DNA from: Styela clava
Lineage: Eukaryota
NCBI RefSeq assembly: GCF_964204865.1
Contig: NC_135253.1
Location: 16,988,001-17,052,000, forward strand
DNA length: 64,000 bases
Direction: 5' to 3'
Under the pieces are notes generated by a model. That model did no database searches. It worked only from the letters and a program-made list of their open reading frames with translations, and was not told where the DNA came from. Shown here in pieces: positions 14,886-26,849 of the stretch. Made by a program: the position numbers and the translations under genes. Numbering within the stretch: position 1 is the first letter of the stretch; each line of letters opens with the position of its first letter.

Positions 14886-17800
14886 CAATGACATTAAACA
14901 ACATGATGCGCAACTCCGGCTTTTTTGGCCGAAGATCGTATCCGATAGCACGCTCCAATGCACATACTTGGCGAGACGAAAACGAGCGGATGTGTGCTGC
15001 TTTTAAGGCATAGCACGAATGGTGTTCGTGTCTGCTTTGACAGTTGTTGTCGATTTTAATGATATTTCGGAAAGTTGAGGTAAAAAGAAATCGGAAAAAG
15101 GTAAGGTAAATACTATTGTTGTATATCACACCCGGGCATCGCACTGTTAAGTACACGTGGGAAAGCCAGCCTTTGTCAAATACTACGAAGTTATTAATTC
15201 AGTACGGTAAGTAGTTGCCCATTCGCCGAAATTGCATATTTACTTACCCCTTATGGTTTCAAATAGTTCATGCACCTCCATTTAGATTTTTTTTAATCAG
15301 TGAGGATATATACTCATTGCTCATTGTAACATACTATTGCGCATTCACTTTTATTTGCGTATTGAATCAAAGTGTTAACAAGTTCACCTAACATTTCACT
15401 CATGACGGTCTATATTGTATAGTCTGATCTCTCAAGTATTTGGAGCCACGAATGCTTGTAATTTTCTGACCAAACCCTTTTATTAGTTGGTTTATATACC
15501 AAATTCAGTAAAACATTTTTTACATAAAACATGGGATATTGGATTTATTAGCTTTTCCATTCTAAATCATATAGACTGCTTTATTTATTCTTAACGAAAA
15601 TTAATAAATCTCCTCTCTTTCTTCAGATGTGAAAGTTGTGGACAAACCTGTCTAAGCATTGTGAGACTCCTGCAGCACAAGAGGCAATAGCAAATATAGT
15701 AAGTATATCAATCAAGAAATTAAGCCGACATAATGCAAAGTTTCAACTATTCGTCTAATCTCAATTTCCTATTATTTATTCACAGGACACTATAGCAGAA
15801 GAGGAGATATCAAAAGTCTGGCAACATATCAGTGACAGTGTGATTCCAAGAAATATAATTAGAGTACTCCATAAATGTTTGCAATAGAAAAACGACCTAT
15901 GGGGGCATGCAAAGACATTTGACTCCGGTAGAGTTGTGTATGGCCCCCACGTCGTGCAGGTCTTGAGGAAAATAACTAAAAATTCCAAAGCGTAAGATTG
16001 CATAGGCGGTCTTATTTGTAAAAAGGCACAAAACACGCCAGACATACTTAAAACAGCTTTGTAAAATTAGGATAACGGGTAACTCACTGCACCTGTGTTA
16101 TATTTGGTTCATCAACTTTTGGTAGTACTATAGAAGAAATTCCGGAAGGGGTATAATCATCATTCATGATAAAATACTGTTATATATATTTTGGACAACT
16201 TCAATCTAGACCAGAGATGTCAAACTCGCGGCCCCAGAGAACTTCCAGTGCGGCCCTCGAACGCTAACGCTAATTGTAATAGTATTTTGGAAGTTTTTTT
16301 TTATCTAAATGTAATAGATTTTTCAAACCTTTTAAAGTGAAATATGTTTATATATTAATATAATTATACAACGACTTAGTTACTAAAAATCAATATCAAT
16401 AATAATTCAAGCAATCCTATGCCACGCAATGTGGTACGAAATGTCTTGTCGAAAAAATCTGTCATTTTATTTTTTACTGATCTATACATGAAATGAGTAA
16501 CTTTTTTGCATTACTGGAATTAATTAAACATTCGCAAAGATCAAGATTAACTCATGATCATGTGACCTCGTTGGTTAGAGTTGGTACTATAAAATCATTT
16601 CAGCCTGGCCTTAGTATGCTGGTGACACAAAAAAGATGCCAAACGTCAGGACAAATGTAATTAAAAAAAACATTGAGTATATACTGTAGTATTTTTGTTA
16701 ATTTTAGGTTCATATATTTAGATAAAGTCATTTTTAGTGTATGTATTATTCTTTCCTTATCCAAAGCTTGTTCAAAATTGATTTTGATGGTTGTACATAG
16801 AATTTTATTATTTGTTTATAAATAATACAGTAACTTGCAAATGTTGCAATAATAGTGGAATGCAAATATTAATATGTAATTGCATTTGAAATTGAAGAAA
16901 ATAATAAAACTTAATCCAGCTGTTTAGTTGCATCACAATATATGTCACAAACTAAAACTATCTTAAAAATATCTTTCAAGTATACATTATCAAAAACTGT
17001 TTGCGGCCCTTTTTACAATTTCCAAAATGCAATGCGGCTTTCGAAAACACATGAGTTTGACACCACTGATCAATTCTAGACGATTCAAACATTGCTTTGG
17101 GAAATAATATCACTTCAATTAAATTGAAAAAAATCTCGCTATATTAAATACAAAATCGTTGCTATCATAAAGGTAAACCAATTCAGCCACTCGAAATATA
17201 TTGGCCGTCACAAAGCAATGGAGGCAATATTGAGAGTTCATGAGCTATGAATATTTGTTATTTTCTTTGTCTTGAACTTTTCATACTCCAAAGCCCCTAT
17301 TAATTTTTATCAATTTTAATTACCATGGGATAGTCATACATATCTTTAACTTGTATTTTCTGTCATGATGTATTATCTCAATGTGTCAAACTATTAATTA
17401 GTGTGCATATTTTGCTTCCAGATGACATAAATGTATTGTCTTGTTTATTACCTCAGCTTAGAGTATTGACAAGAAAAAGGTGCCAGTAAATTAGGTAAAA
17501 AATTTTGTTTAGGTAAAATTTTGCCAGTAAATTAGGTAAAACTCTTTGTTTTAATCAGAATTCACGATTAATAGGAATTATAAACAGCCAACAATCAATG
17601 AGAATTATATGCAAAATCCCTCAGAATAAATTTGTCTAAAATCGGAGGAATGCAAAACATATAGGTAGTTTCCATCCACACAAGCATTTCAAGAAGACTT
17701 GCTCGATCCAAACTAAATGAGCATCATCAGGTGATCGGTATGGCTGCAAGTTGAATCCAGCTCTGCAACCTCCTGCATAGATGATAATATTAATTAGTGG

Positions 17801-18397
17801 GCTATGAGCTAAATTCTTAAATTTAAACAAACCGAATGTACCAGCAATGTTACCTACGATTAACTGAATATGTAATATGTCCAATAAATTCACCTACAAA
17901 AGCAAGTTCAATAGGTGCAAACTTTGTGTTATGAAATTGTATCACAGCACCGTTAAGAAAAGTAAAAACAGTTTTGTATGACACCCTCTTTAAATGAAAT
18001 TTCAATCATTAAGCGCAAACATTAAAATTACTAACTTTGAACTTTGTCATTATCTGCAAAATGTTCCACACAAATCTTTCCGCTATCGCGTTTGTAATCT
18101 TCTATGATAAAAAAAAAACGTCTATGATGTCCAGAATTGCTCTTTACAGCTTGTCTGCCATCCCAGCTTTCCAAGTGAGCAAAACGTCTTAGATATAGAG
18201 ATTATTTTCTTTCGTTACAAGCGCAAAAAGGCAGGTACTACACGTAAAAAAGACGCCGAGTAGCAAAAGCGAGCGGAAAACGATCGCGAAAGGCGACGAT
18301 AAATATGTGCATTGGAGCGTATCATGAAATACAATCTTTCGCCTGTAGTCTTATGGAGTGACGTCAGAGTTGCCTATCATGTTGTTTAATGTCATTG
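14886..18397. mobile_element. Non-autonomous P-superfamily-like DNA element (3.5 kb) nested in the hAT transposase
   Basis: 22-bp perfect TIR CAATGACATTAAACAACATGAT, extending imperfectly to ~35 bp. CA...TG termini. 7-bp TSD GGAACTC at 14879-14885 and 18398-18404. Superfamily assignment is inferred from termini and TSD length only. Confidence 0.8.
16212..17068 (+). mobile_element. Charlie/SPIN-type hAT deletion derivative nested in the P-like element
   Basis: TIRs CAGAGATGTCAAACTC / GAGTTTGACACCACTG, target nTCTAGAn (atctagac; the right copy is disrupted). Internal transposase C-terminal remnant LFALLELIKHSQRSRLTHDHVTSLVRVGTIKSFQPGLSMLVTQKRCQTSG at ~16500-16660. Confidence 0.8.
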
Positions 18398-21189
18398 GGA
18401 ACTCTCAGGGACACTGCTTTTGTTACAAGACCATGCATTGACTACAAAAAATTTATGGAAAAGTCTGTAGCCCATCGAGACACAAATTACCACCGAGAAT
18501 CATATATAGCTGCGAAAAATGTTGTCAAAAGCATGGAAACTGGTCAAAATGTGCGTGCAAACATGGAGGCCCAATATGCTACGCAAACAAATGAAAACAG
18601 ACGAATAATGACTTCCATTGTCAAGACTGTCATGTTCTGTGCTTCGGGTAACATACCCTTGCGCGGACATTCCGGGGATAGTGGAAATTTTGTGAACCTT
18701 CTTCTATTTCGTATCGACGCAGGGGATGAAGATTTGAAAAGGCATTTCGCTCGAATGGCCGGAAACGCTAAGTATACAAGCCCGATGATACAAAATGAAA
18801 TTCTCAAGGTTGCAAGCAACATGATAGTGCAAGATATCGTTATGGAGGCTAATAAATCGTTTGTGTCCGTAATAGCCGACGAATCATGTGATATTACTGG
18901 GAAAGAACAACTAAGCATCGTTTTGAGGTATGTGAAAGGTGGTGAAGTGTGCGAGCGCTTCACAGGATTAGTGGAAATGGATTCTGTTTCTGCCGAATCA
19001 ATTTCCTCAAATATTTTGACCCACCTCTCTGGTATAGGAGTGGATTTGCAAAAACTTGTGGGGCAAGGCTATGATGGTGCAACGACAATGGCAGGTCACG
19101 TCAGCGGTGTGCAAAAACGCATTCGTGATAAATACCCGCGCGCAATATTTGTGCACTGCGCTTCTCATTGTTTGAATTTGGTCATAAATGACCAAAGTAA
19201 AGTTGCAATCATCAGAAGCACCTGTGATATCATTCGTGAGACTATTCGTTTTTTCAGGGAGAGCCCTAAAAGGCGCGCGGGTTTAGGAATTAACATCCCT
19301 TTGTTCTGCCCCACCAGATGGTCTGAGAAGTACAAGAGCATCCGAATCTTCAAATGCAACTTCAAACGAGTACTTGAGGCTCTTGATTCTTTGGCGAGAG
19401 ATGCTAACAGTGAGACGCGGGCGAAGGCTTTTTCTCTGAAATCTGCTCTAAAAAAGTCGTCGGTTATAAGTATATAAGTATAAGTTTATTTCGACTCCAT
19501 AATCAGCAAAACAATAAAATGAATGCTAAAAATAAATAAATAAAAACTGATTATGAAATCAGGAGAGCGAACAAAACCTTAGATAAGGTTTAAAACGTAC
19601 AGAATGTATATAAGATGGAAGGTTTTGCCAAGAACATGTGGTACGTGTTCACTCACCTAAAATAATTGAAATATTTCACACACGCTCACACGCACCCACA
19701 CACACAACCATATAGAAGTTATTAAGTAAAGGGAACATGAAAAATTACATACTTGTAGTTAATAAAAAATAAATAAATAAAAATTACTTGCCACACCATA
19801 TTTATAAATTTATCATGATTGCCACTGCCAAATTGATCAATTTTATAAATGGGAGTGAACAGTAAAGATAAACTTTTATAAAAAAATATATTGTCAAGCT
19901 GATTATAGATGGAGTCAAATGCCAAAATGCCCAACCAAAGTTGCCAGAATTGGGTGCATGAAGAGGTGGGCTAGACCACTTCATTGCCCAAACTAGAGCC
20001 TATTATTGCCAAATTGTAGTCCAGATTGCAATAAGTATTTAAATCTATCAGTAACTTTATAAGTATGAGTAATTATAATTAATTAAGGTAGAAAGACAGG
20101 GTATAGGAATATGTTGGTTGCTAAGGTTATAAGGTTTTTTTTTTCATTCTTAGATATTGACTTCTGCAAGGATAAAGGAATTAGGAATAAAGGAATTAGT
20201 ATTGTTATTTCACAGGATCATTTCTTCATTTAATTATTGTGGCGTAATAGATTCAAGTTTATCGTGGATGAGACATCAGCCTGCGAATTTTGTTGTTGTA
20301 GACACCATTTATATTCAATAAACTAGCCATTGTATTGATCATCACAGAACGACCTGAAAAACAGAAAACAAATCTGCGACTAGGATATTCAAGGGTTACA
20401 TATTTGGAAACAGCACTACCCTACACTTTTGTTTAGAATTAATTATTATTTCGAGTAGATATTGATTATTAGTTATCTATAAAACGCTAGTTCAAAGACC
20501 AGAGTTGAAATATGGTTGGGACACAGGGTGAATTCCTCGCAAACCATGCAGAAACTCTCAAACCACACTGACCATTCGTATGTTGGCCTTCACATCAACT
20601 TCACAGCAGAACCTCAACCTAGGATAAAATTTTGTATACACACAAAACAAATCATAGAATACCACAACAAATTAAAATGAAGGGGAGAATCCAATATATC
20701 TCCACTAGTCGCCTAATTACAATAATAGGTACAGGAGCTAAACTATACGGTCTACAACCCTCATAAGGTATCACACCACCCATATAGAAACAAAGACCAT
20801 GCATGTGTAATGTCAAAAATCCAACGTTAAGCAAAAAGGGAACATGAGCATGCAGATGTCAGAGTGTAAACAGCCATTTGAAAAATAAATAAATAAAACA
20901 ATTTGCTGTGCATGCTACAGAACCCGACACACCAACAATAGATGTAGAACAGGTGGAGAGAGATTAACTGCCGGCTCAACAACAATCAGCAGCTGCAGGA
21001 GCAATAGCAATATTGTAGCTGTTTAATATTTTCATGAAAATAAGTATGTGCAAGTGAAGAGTGTCCCAACTTTCTATCATGGTCATTCATGAAGGTTCAA
21101 TATTTTTTGTGTCCGAGCTATCAAAACGTTGTAGCTAATTTCATACGAAAGAGTATATATATATCAGTGTGGTTATGGGAAAATAACTT

Positions 21190-24100
21190 TTAATATTTGG
21201 ATACTAAGTACGACTTAACTTGTTTCTGAAATGATTTTTTGGATTTTAATGACTTCAAATTCAAGGGGAGAGAGTTCCATAGCTTAGGTCCATTATAGCA
21301 TAGGGCATGCTGGCTCACAGATTTACTCATAAACGGTATAAATAAATTGGAATTACTTCTTCGATTGGAGGTGGTTTTGGTTAGAATGTCGTCAAAGCAG
21401 TTTGACAATGAGTTGTCATGAAAATCATAAACTAATGATAATACTTCAAATTTCATTATGTCTTCAACCTTGAGTATATTTAGCGATTTATAGAAATGAT
21501 TTACGCTTTCACGTTTACTTTTCCTAAAGACAATTCTTAAAAAATTATTACAAATGCTTTGCAATTTCGAGACAAGTGTTTTATTACCATGGAGCCAGAC
21601 TGAGCTACAATATCGGATATGACTTAGTAGTAGAGATTGAAACATTGCTAGTAAAGCTGATTGATTAACGCACTGGGATACTTTAGCAGCAACTGCCAAG
21701 TTCCTTTTTGTTTTACCAATAACATGCAACATTTGTGATTTCCATGATAGATTTTCATCAAAGATAACTCCTAGAAATTTTATTTCTTTCACTCTTTCAA
21801 TTTCATTGTCATTGAGCAGTAGTGGTTTTGAACAACTCACACTTTTATGCTTGCTTGGGTGGAATAATACAAATTTAGTTTTGTTAGCATTAAGAGATAA
21901 TTTGTTAACCAACATCCAGCTATGAATGTTGGTTAGTTCTTGGTTTGCAACTGTGAGTAGATCTTCAAGGTTTTTCCCATGAAGAATCAAGTCAGTGTCA
22001 TCAGCAAACATGATCGACTCAGAGGATTTCAGACACCTGGACATGTCAATAATGTAAGCTAGAAAAAATAATGGGCCAAGTAAAGATCCTTGTGGAACTC
22101 CGTGCTTCATGACACAAATATTTGTAGAGAATGAGTTGTCATATTGCACAATTTGTTTCCTGTCTTGCAGGTAGCTCCTGATCCAATTGAATGGGACGCC
22201 TCTAATTCCATAGTGATAGAGCTTACTTAAAAGGATGGAATGGTCAATGGTGTCGAAAGCTTTTGAAATATCAAGAAATATTCCAATTGCATGTTGTTTG
22301 CTTTCAAAGGCCTTGGTCAGTTTGTGTACCAAAACATTAGCAGCCATAGCAGTGGAGTGATGCTTGCGGAAACCAAATTGATGAGAGTGGAAAACATTGT
22401 TAGTTTCAAAGAAGTTTGACATTCTACTATACATTATTTTCTCAAGAATCTTAGAAAAGGATGGTAAAAGACTAATAGGTCTATAATTTCCAAGATCTGA
22501 AACACTACCCTTTTTAAATAGAGGAAGAACTTTAGATGTCTTGAAGCTTTCAATGAATAACCCACTAGATAGTGAAAGATTAAATATATATGTCAGGATG
22601 TCAATGATATGTTCTGGAACGTGTTTCAATACTTTGAATGGAATACCATCAATTCCAAAACTTGACTTGGGCTTCATTTCGCGTATAATATTTTTTATTT
22701 CTAATGATGTAGTTGGCCTTAAAAACATGGATGAGGATTTTTGCTTTCCAAGATATGAAATGTAATTTTTGTCACAGCCAGCTGGTTGTGGCATACAGTC
22801 GAGCAGGGTTTGTGCCACTTGGGAAAAGTGTTCATTAAATTTATTTGCAATTTGTGTATTACTGCAATCGAGTCCAATCAAAGGACAAGAACCTGTTTTA
22901 TTTTTACCAATAAGTTCATTAATTGTTTTCCACACTGCCTTGATGTTACCTTTGTGAGAGGCAAATTTAGATTTGTAATAATTTGATTTCTTTTTGTAGA
23001 GCAATCGAGTATAAAGGTTCCTGCATTCATTGAACTGTAATTTGTGCTTGTCATTTATGTTTTTATTGTTTATTAATTTCTTATAAAGTTTTTGTTTGAC
23101 TTTGTTTAGTTTACGTAACTCAGTATCATACCAAGGTTTGTTTGATCTGTTTGTTTGTTTTTTGTAAGGAAAAGATTGAGAGTAAGCAGTAGAGAATTTT
23201 TCAAAAAATTTTTCAAAGCAAGTGTTGGGATCCTGGATGCTGCTGAAGTCATCAATATCAATAGAATTCAGTTCGTTCATAAAAGTATTCAAGTTGGACG
23301 AAGTAAACTGGCGGTAAAGCGTTTCAATTCTGTTCTGAATTTGCTTTTCTAGAAGAGAGCATTGTACAATTGGCAGATGATCAGAAACACATTCTGCTAA
23401 AACAGCACTATTAACTTTTTTATCATATACGTTTGTCCAAATGTGGTCTATACAGGTAGCAGAACTTGAAGTTATCCTGGTGGGGCAGTTTATCAGAGAA
23501 TAATAGGCCAGGTTGTGCATAATATCAACAAATAGGCTGGTATTCATATTGGACTCATCGATAAGATTATAGTTGAAGTCACCCATTATATAATTATAAT
23601 TCAACTTGTTCATCTTTGAGAGAACTTGGGACAAGAGATTCCGAAAGTTAGCATTGTTCAATTCATCAGTTAGTGGTGATCTATAAATAGTACCACAGGT
23701 TATTGTTTTATTTTCCAATAATATGTCAATAAATATAGATTCGAAAACCTTTTCACACATTATAGTAATATCCTTGCGGACAATGTATTTCAAATCATTT
23801 CGAATGTAGAGACCAACACCACCACCTCGGTGATGAAATCTACTGTTGGTGATAAAAACATAGCCATCCAATGTATTGAAATGGCCATTTGTACCAGATA
23901 CAATCCATGTTTCATTTACAGCAATTACATGAGGCTTACAATTCAGTGAATTCACTAGTGCTTCAAATTTTGTGTAGTTTTTGAAAGAGGCTAAAGATCT
24001 GATATTGAGTGAAAGAGTCATGAAACCACTTAGTTTAAAACTATCATTGAATTTGAGATCATTGACATCACTAGAGCAAATATACTGATTTGAGCTGTTG

Positions 24101-24477
24101 TACATGAAAACACTGTTTATGTTGTTGAATTCATCATTGTCAGTATTGGCTGACTCAAGAAACATTTGGTTTAGGTATTCAGGATCAAGAATTTTAGTAA
24201 GTGCCTGGGCTTCAGCTTTTTCTGAATGAAGAGAAGTACATGATTCTAATAATTCAGAATCAGAGAGAGAAGAGAATGGTATGCAATCTTTTTCACAAAA
24301 GAAACAGCACCAAGGCATATCATCAGCTTCAGATTGCAGGTTTTCATACTGCTGGTTAGAGATATTGGTGCATTTTAAATGTATCCAATGTGAGCAAATG
24401 TTGCAAAAAATAGCTTTCTGATTAGTTCGGACTGATTTGTGGCAATTTCTACAGGGATATTTTAAATTATGTTTCAT
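21190..24477 (-). CDS. LINE ORF2: PHD finger + apurinic-type (EEP) endonuclease + reverse transcriptase, ~1095 aa
   Basis: ATG at 24477 in a strong Kozak context (gccaccaccATG). PHD: CxxC..CxxC..HxxC..WxCxxC. EN motifs: NIRS, NETW, GGGVG, YRSP, GDFN, IDH, SDH. RT motifs: YRPISLL, FLDISKAFD, GVPQGS, FADD, FLG. Confidence 0.95.
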   Translation of the reverse strand: MKHNLKYPCRNCHKSVRTNQKAIFCNICSHWIHLKCTNISNQQYENLQSEADDMPWCCFFCEKDCIPFSSLSDSELLESCTSLHSEKAEAQALTKILDPEYLNQMFLESANTDNDEFNNINSVFMYNSSNQYICSSDVNDLKFNDSFKLSGFMTLSLNIRSLASFKNYTKFEALVNSLNCKPHVIAVNETWIVSGTNGHFNTLDGYVFITNSRFHHRGGGVGLYIRNDLKYIVRKDITIMCEKVFESIFIDILLENKTITCGTIYRSPLTDELNNANFRNLLSQVLSKMNKLNYNYIMGDFNYNLIDESNMNTSLFVDIMHNLAYYSLINCPTRITSSSATCIDHIWTNVYDKKVNSAVLAECVSDHLPIVQCSLLEKQIQNRIETLYRQFTSSNLNTFMNELNSIDIDDFSSIQDPNTCFEKFFEKFSTAYSQSFPYKKQTNRSNKPWYDTELRKLNKVKQKLYKKLINNKNINDKHKLQFNECRNLYTRLLYKKKSNYYKSKFASHKGNIKAVWKTINELIGKNKTGSCPLIGLDCSNTQIANKFNEHFSQVAQTLLDCMPQPAGCDKNYISYLGKQKSSSMFLRPTTSLEIKNIIREMKPKSSFGIDGIPFKVLKHVPEHIIDILTYIFNLSLSSGLFIESFKTSKVLPLFKKGSVSDLGNYRPISLLPSFSKILEKIMYSRMSNFFETNNVFHSHQFGFRKHHSTAMAANVLVHKLTKAFESKQHAIGIFLDISKAFDTIDHSILLSKLYHYGIRGVPFNWIRSYLQDRKQIVQYDNSFSTNICVMKHGVPQGSLLGPLFFLAYIIDMSRCLKSSESIMFADDTDLILHGKNLEDLLTVANQELTNIHSWMLVNKLSLNANKTKFVLFHPSKHKSVSCSKPLLLNDNEIERVKEIKFLGVIFDENLSWKSQMLHVIGKTKRNLAVAAKVSQCVNQSALLAMFQSLLLSHIRYCSSVWLHGNKTLVSKLQSICNNFLRIVFRKSKRESVNHFYKSLNILKVEDIMKFEVLSLVYDFHDNSLSNCFDDILTKTTSNRRSNSNLFIPFMSKSVSQHALCYNGPKLWNSLPLNLKSLKSKKSFQKQVKSYLVSKY

Positions 24478-24709
24478 GGTGGTGGCAAAGTAATGAAATA
24501 AAAAAAAAAAAAGTATAGTGAAGTAAGACAAAATCTAAAATACAAAGCTTGAATACAAAGTTTCCAGGTGCAGAACTTATGGTTAAATAAGTACTAGCCT
24601 AATTAGCATAAGGAAAATAAGGGTGAAAATAAATTAAGTTAAATTATATTATCAACCCTGTGCTAAAGGCCACCACTATACCAATGAGACCAAGTTGCAA
24701 ACAGTGTGC

Positions 24710-25405
24710 CTATTTGCTAGGTCCCATTGGGCGAGCAGCAGCCCTGGAGTACAGGGGACGAGAGAGAGTAGTAATATCATTTAAACAAGATATAACTCGC
24801 CTTCTGTCCAAGTAAGCGTATATAGTCCCATTCATTGTCGACACCTTATGCTTCCCGAATGCTTCCTTGGCAGCGGCGAGGAGCTTGAGCCTATTCCGGG
24901 TCAAGGACTCCGTGATGGACAAACCGCTGCCTTTTAGATCTTTCTTCCTACCATATATTAAATTTTTTGTCGATCTTCGGACAAATTTAATAATGATGGG
25001 GTTCTTCGGGGACTTGGATCGCAATTTATGGGTTATATCAATATCCGTGTTAACAATAGGCTGGTCAAGATTGAAGTTATTGTTCAGGGTGTTAACAACA
25101 AAGTCTTCAAACTTGTAGTACTCAGATTCTGGAACAGATTTGCAGCCATGAAGAACAACACAGTTCCTCCGGCTGTACTGTTCCTGATCATCTTGCTGTT
25201 TTTCACATAACTCCAGTCTTTTTATAATCTCCTCGATCTTAAGAGAGATTTGAGCCACATCATGCTGGAACTTCTTAACAGCTTCAGACTTGCTGCCATG
25301 GTCTTCAGTGGCAGACAGTTCATCTGAGCGTTGCATGAGCGCTTGTTGGTTGGCCTGGAGGGATGTAACAGCAGCCAGAATCTGGTTATGAACTTCGGTA
25401 TTCAT
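24710..25405 (-). CDS. LINE ORF1 (coiled coil + RRM-like RNA-binding region), 231 aa
   Basis: Uninterrupted ORF upstream of ORF2 in the same element. Motifs EQYSRRNCVVLHG, PIIIKFVRR and LSITESLT are typical of this ORF1 type. Confidence 0.85.
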   Translation of the reverse strand: MNTEVHNQILAAVTSLQANQQALMQRSDELSATEDHGSKSEAVKKFQHDVAQISLKIEEIIKRLELCEKQQDDQEQYSRRNCVVLHGCKSVPESEYYKFEDFVVNTLNNNFNLDQPIVNTDIDITHKLRSKSPKNPIIIKFVRRSTKNLIYGRKKDLKGSGLSITESLTRNRLKLLAAAKEAFGKHKVSTMNGTIYAYLDRRRVISCLNDITTLSRPLYSRAAARPMGPSK

Positions 25406-25926
25406 ATTGATTTTCCGTGGAGTTTCGAGTTGAACAGGTAATTATTTCAGCAAAATCCAATGTAGTATTATGATTAGAAAGGTATATTCCGTTTGTTGAT
25501 ATAATCGAAGGTAGCAGGCTTTAGTACTTAAGTTAACCAAAGATTAAACTATCATCTGCAAACTTAATTATACAGCGAATAATCAACTGTTATCTACGCC
25601 GTATGTTTGATTGGTCAATATTCGGCACTAATGGAGCCACTAGCGCGCGCACTTCAGGCGGTCGGAGTCAGTGTGCCGTCAGTAAAGAACCTCACATCCT
25701 CTCTTCAGAGCGTTATCGCTGAAGAACGCAATGACTCTGAAATCGCATTGAATATTTACAAAGAAGCTTGTGAAATAGCTGGCTTGAAAGAGTTGACAAT
25801 ACCCAGAGTAGTCGAAGTACAAGTTTATCGCGACAATGTCTGTGCTGATTCAGCATCCCAGTATTTTAAACGTTCCGTATATCTCCCATACGTCGACGGC
25901 TTGAGCTGCTCTATTCGGGAACGCTT

Positions 25927-26849
25927 ATAAGTATAAGTTTATTTCGACTCCATAATCAGCAAAACAATAAAATGAATGCTAAAAATAAATAAATAAAAAC
26001 TGATTATGAAATCAGGAGAGCGAACAAAACCTTAGATAAGGTTTAAAACGTACAGAATGTATATAAGATGGAAGGTTTTGCCAAGAAGATGTGGTACGTG
26101 TTCACTCACCTAAAATAATTGAAATATTTCACACACGCTCACACGCACCCACACACACAACCATATAGAAGTTATTAAGTAAAGGGAACATGAAAAATTA
26201 CATACTGGTAGTTAATAAAAAATAAATAAATAAAAATTACTTGCCACACCATATTAATAAATTTATCACGATTGCCACTGCCAAATTGATCAATTTTATA
26301 AATGGGAGTGAACAGTAAAGATAAACTTTTATAAAAAAATATATTGTCAAGCTGATTATAGATGGAGTCAAATGCCAAAATGCCCAACCAAAGTTGCCAG
26401 AATTGGGTGCATGAAGAGGTGGGCTAGACCACTTCATTGCCCAGACTAGAGCCTATTATTGCCAAATTATAGTCCAGATTGCAATAAGTATTTAAATCTA
26501 TCAGTAACTTTATAAGTATGAGTAATTATAATTAATTAAGGTAGAAAGACAGGGTATAGGAATATGTTGGTTGCTAAGGTTATAAGGTTTTTTTTTTTTC
26601 ATTCTTAGATATTGACTTCTGCAAGGATAAAGGAATTAGCAATAAAGGAATTAGTATTGTTATTTCACAGGATCATTTCTTCATTTAATTATTGTGGCGT
26701 AATAGATGTCAATTCAAGTTTATCGTGGATGAGACATCAGCCTGCGAATTTTGTTGTTGTAGACACCATTTATATTCAATAAACTAGCCATTGTATTGAT
26801 CATCACAGAAAGACCTGAAAAACAGAAAATAAATCTGCGAGTAGGATAT
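25927..26849 (-). mobile_element. 5'-truncated copy (923 bp, 3' UTR only) of the adjacent LINE
   Basis: Near-identical to ~19473-20388 (about 10 substitutions and two small indels by eye). It has its own tail and a 7-bp TSD AACGCTT at 25920-25926 and 26850-26856. Confidence 0.93.

Larger units (their letters stand above)
19468..25588 (-). mobile_element. Full-length non-LTR retrotransposon, CR1/L2(Crack-like) group, 6.1 kb, with ~1.7-kb 3' UTR
   Basis: Two intact ORFs. 3' end is AATAAA followed by a (CTTATA)n-like tail. 5-bp TSD GTTAT at 19463-19467 and 25589-25593, and the hAT frame is restored on removal. Confidence 0.93.

Noticed and set aside
24478-24531. TTG-initiated N-terminal extension of LINE ORF2 in the ORF track
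   Set aside because: It translates a poly-T spacer; the ATG at 24477 has a strong Kozak context directly before the PHD finger.
18544-25210. Antisense ORFs inside the transposase and LINE ORFs
   Set aside because: Shadow frames of real coding sequence.
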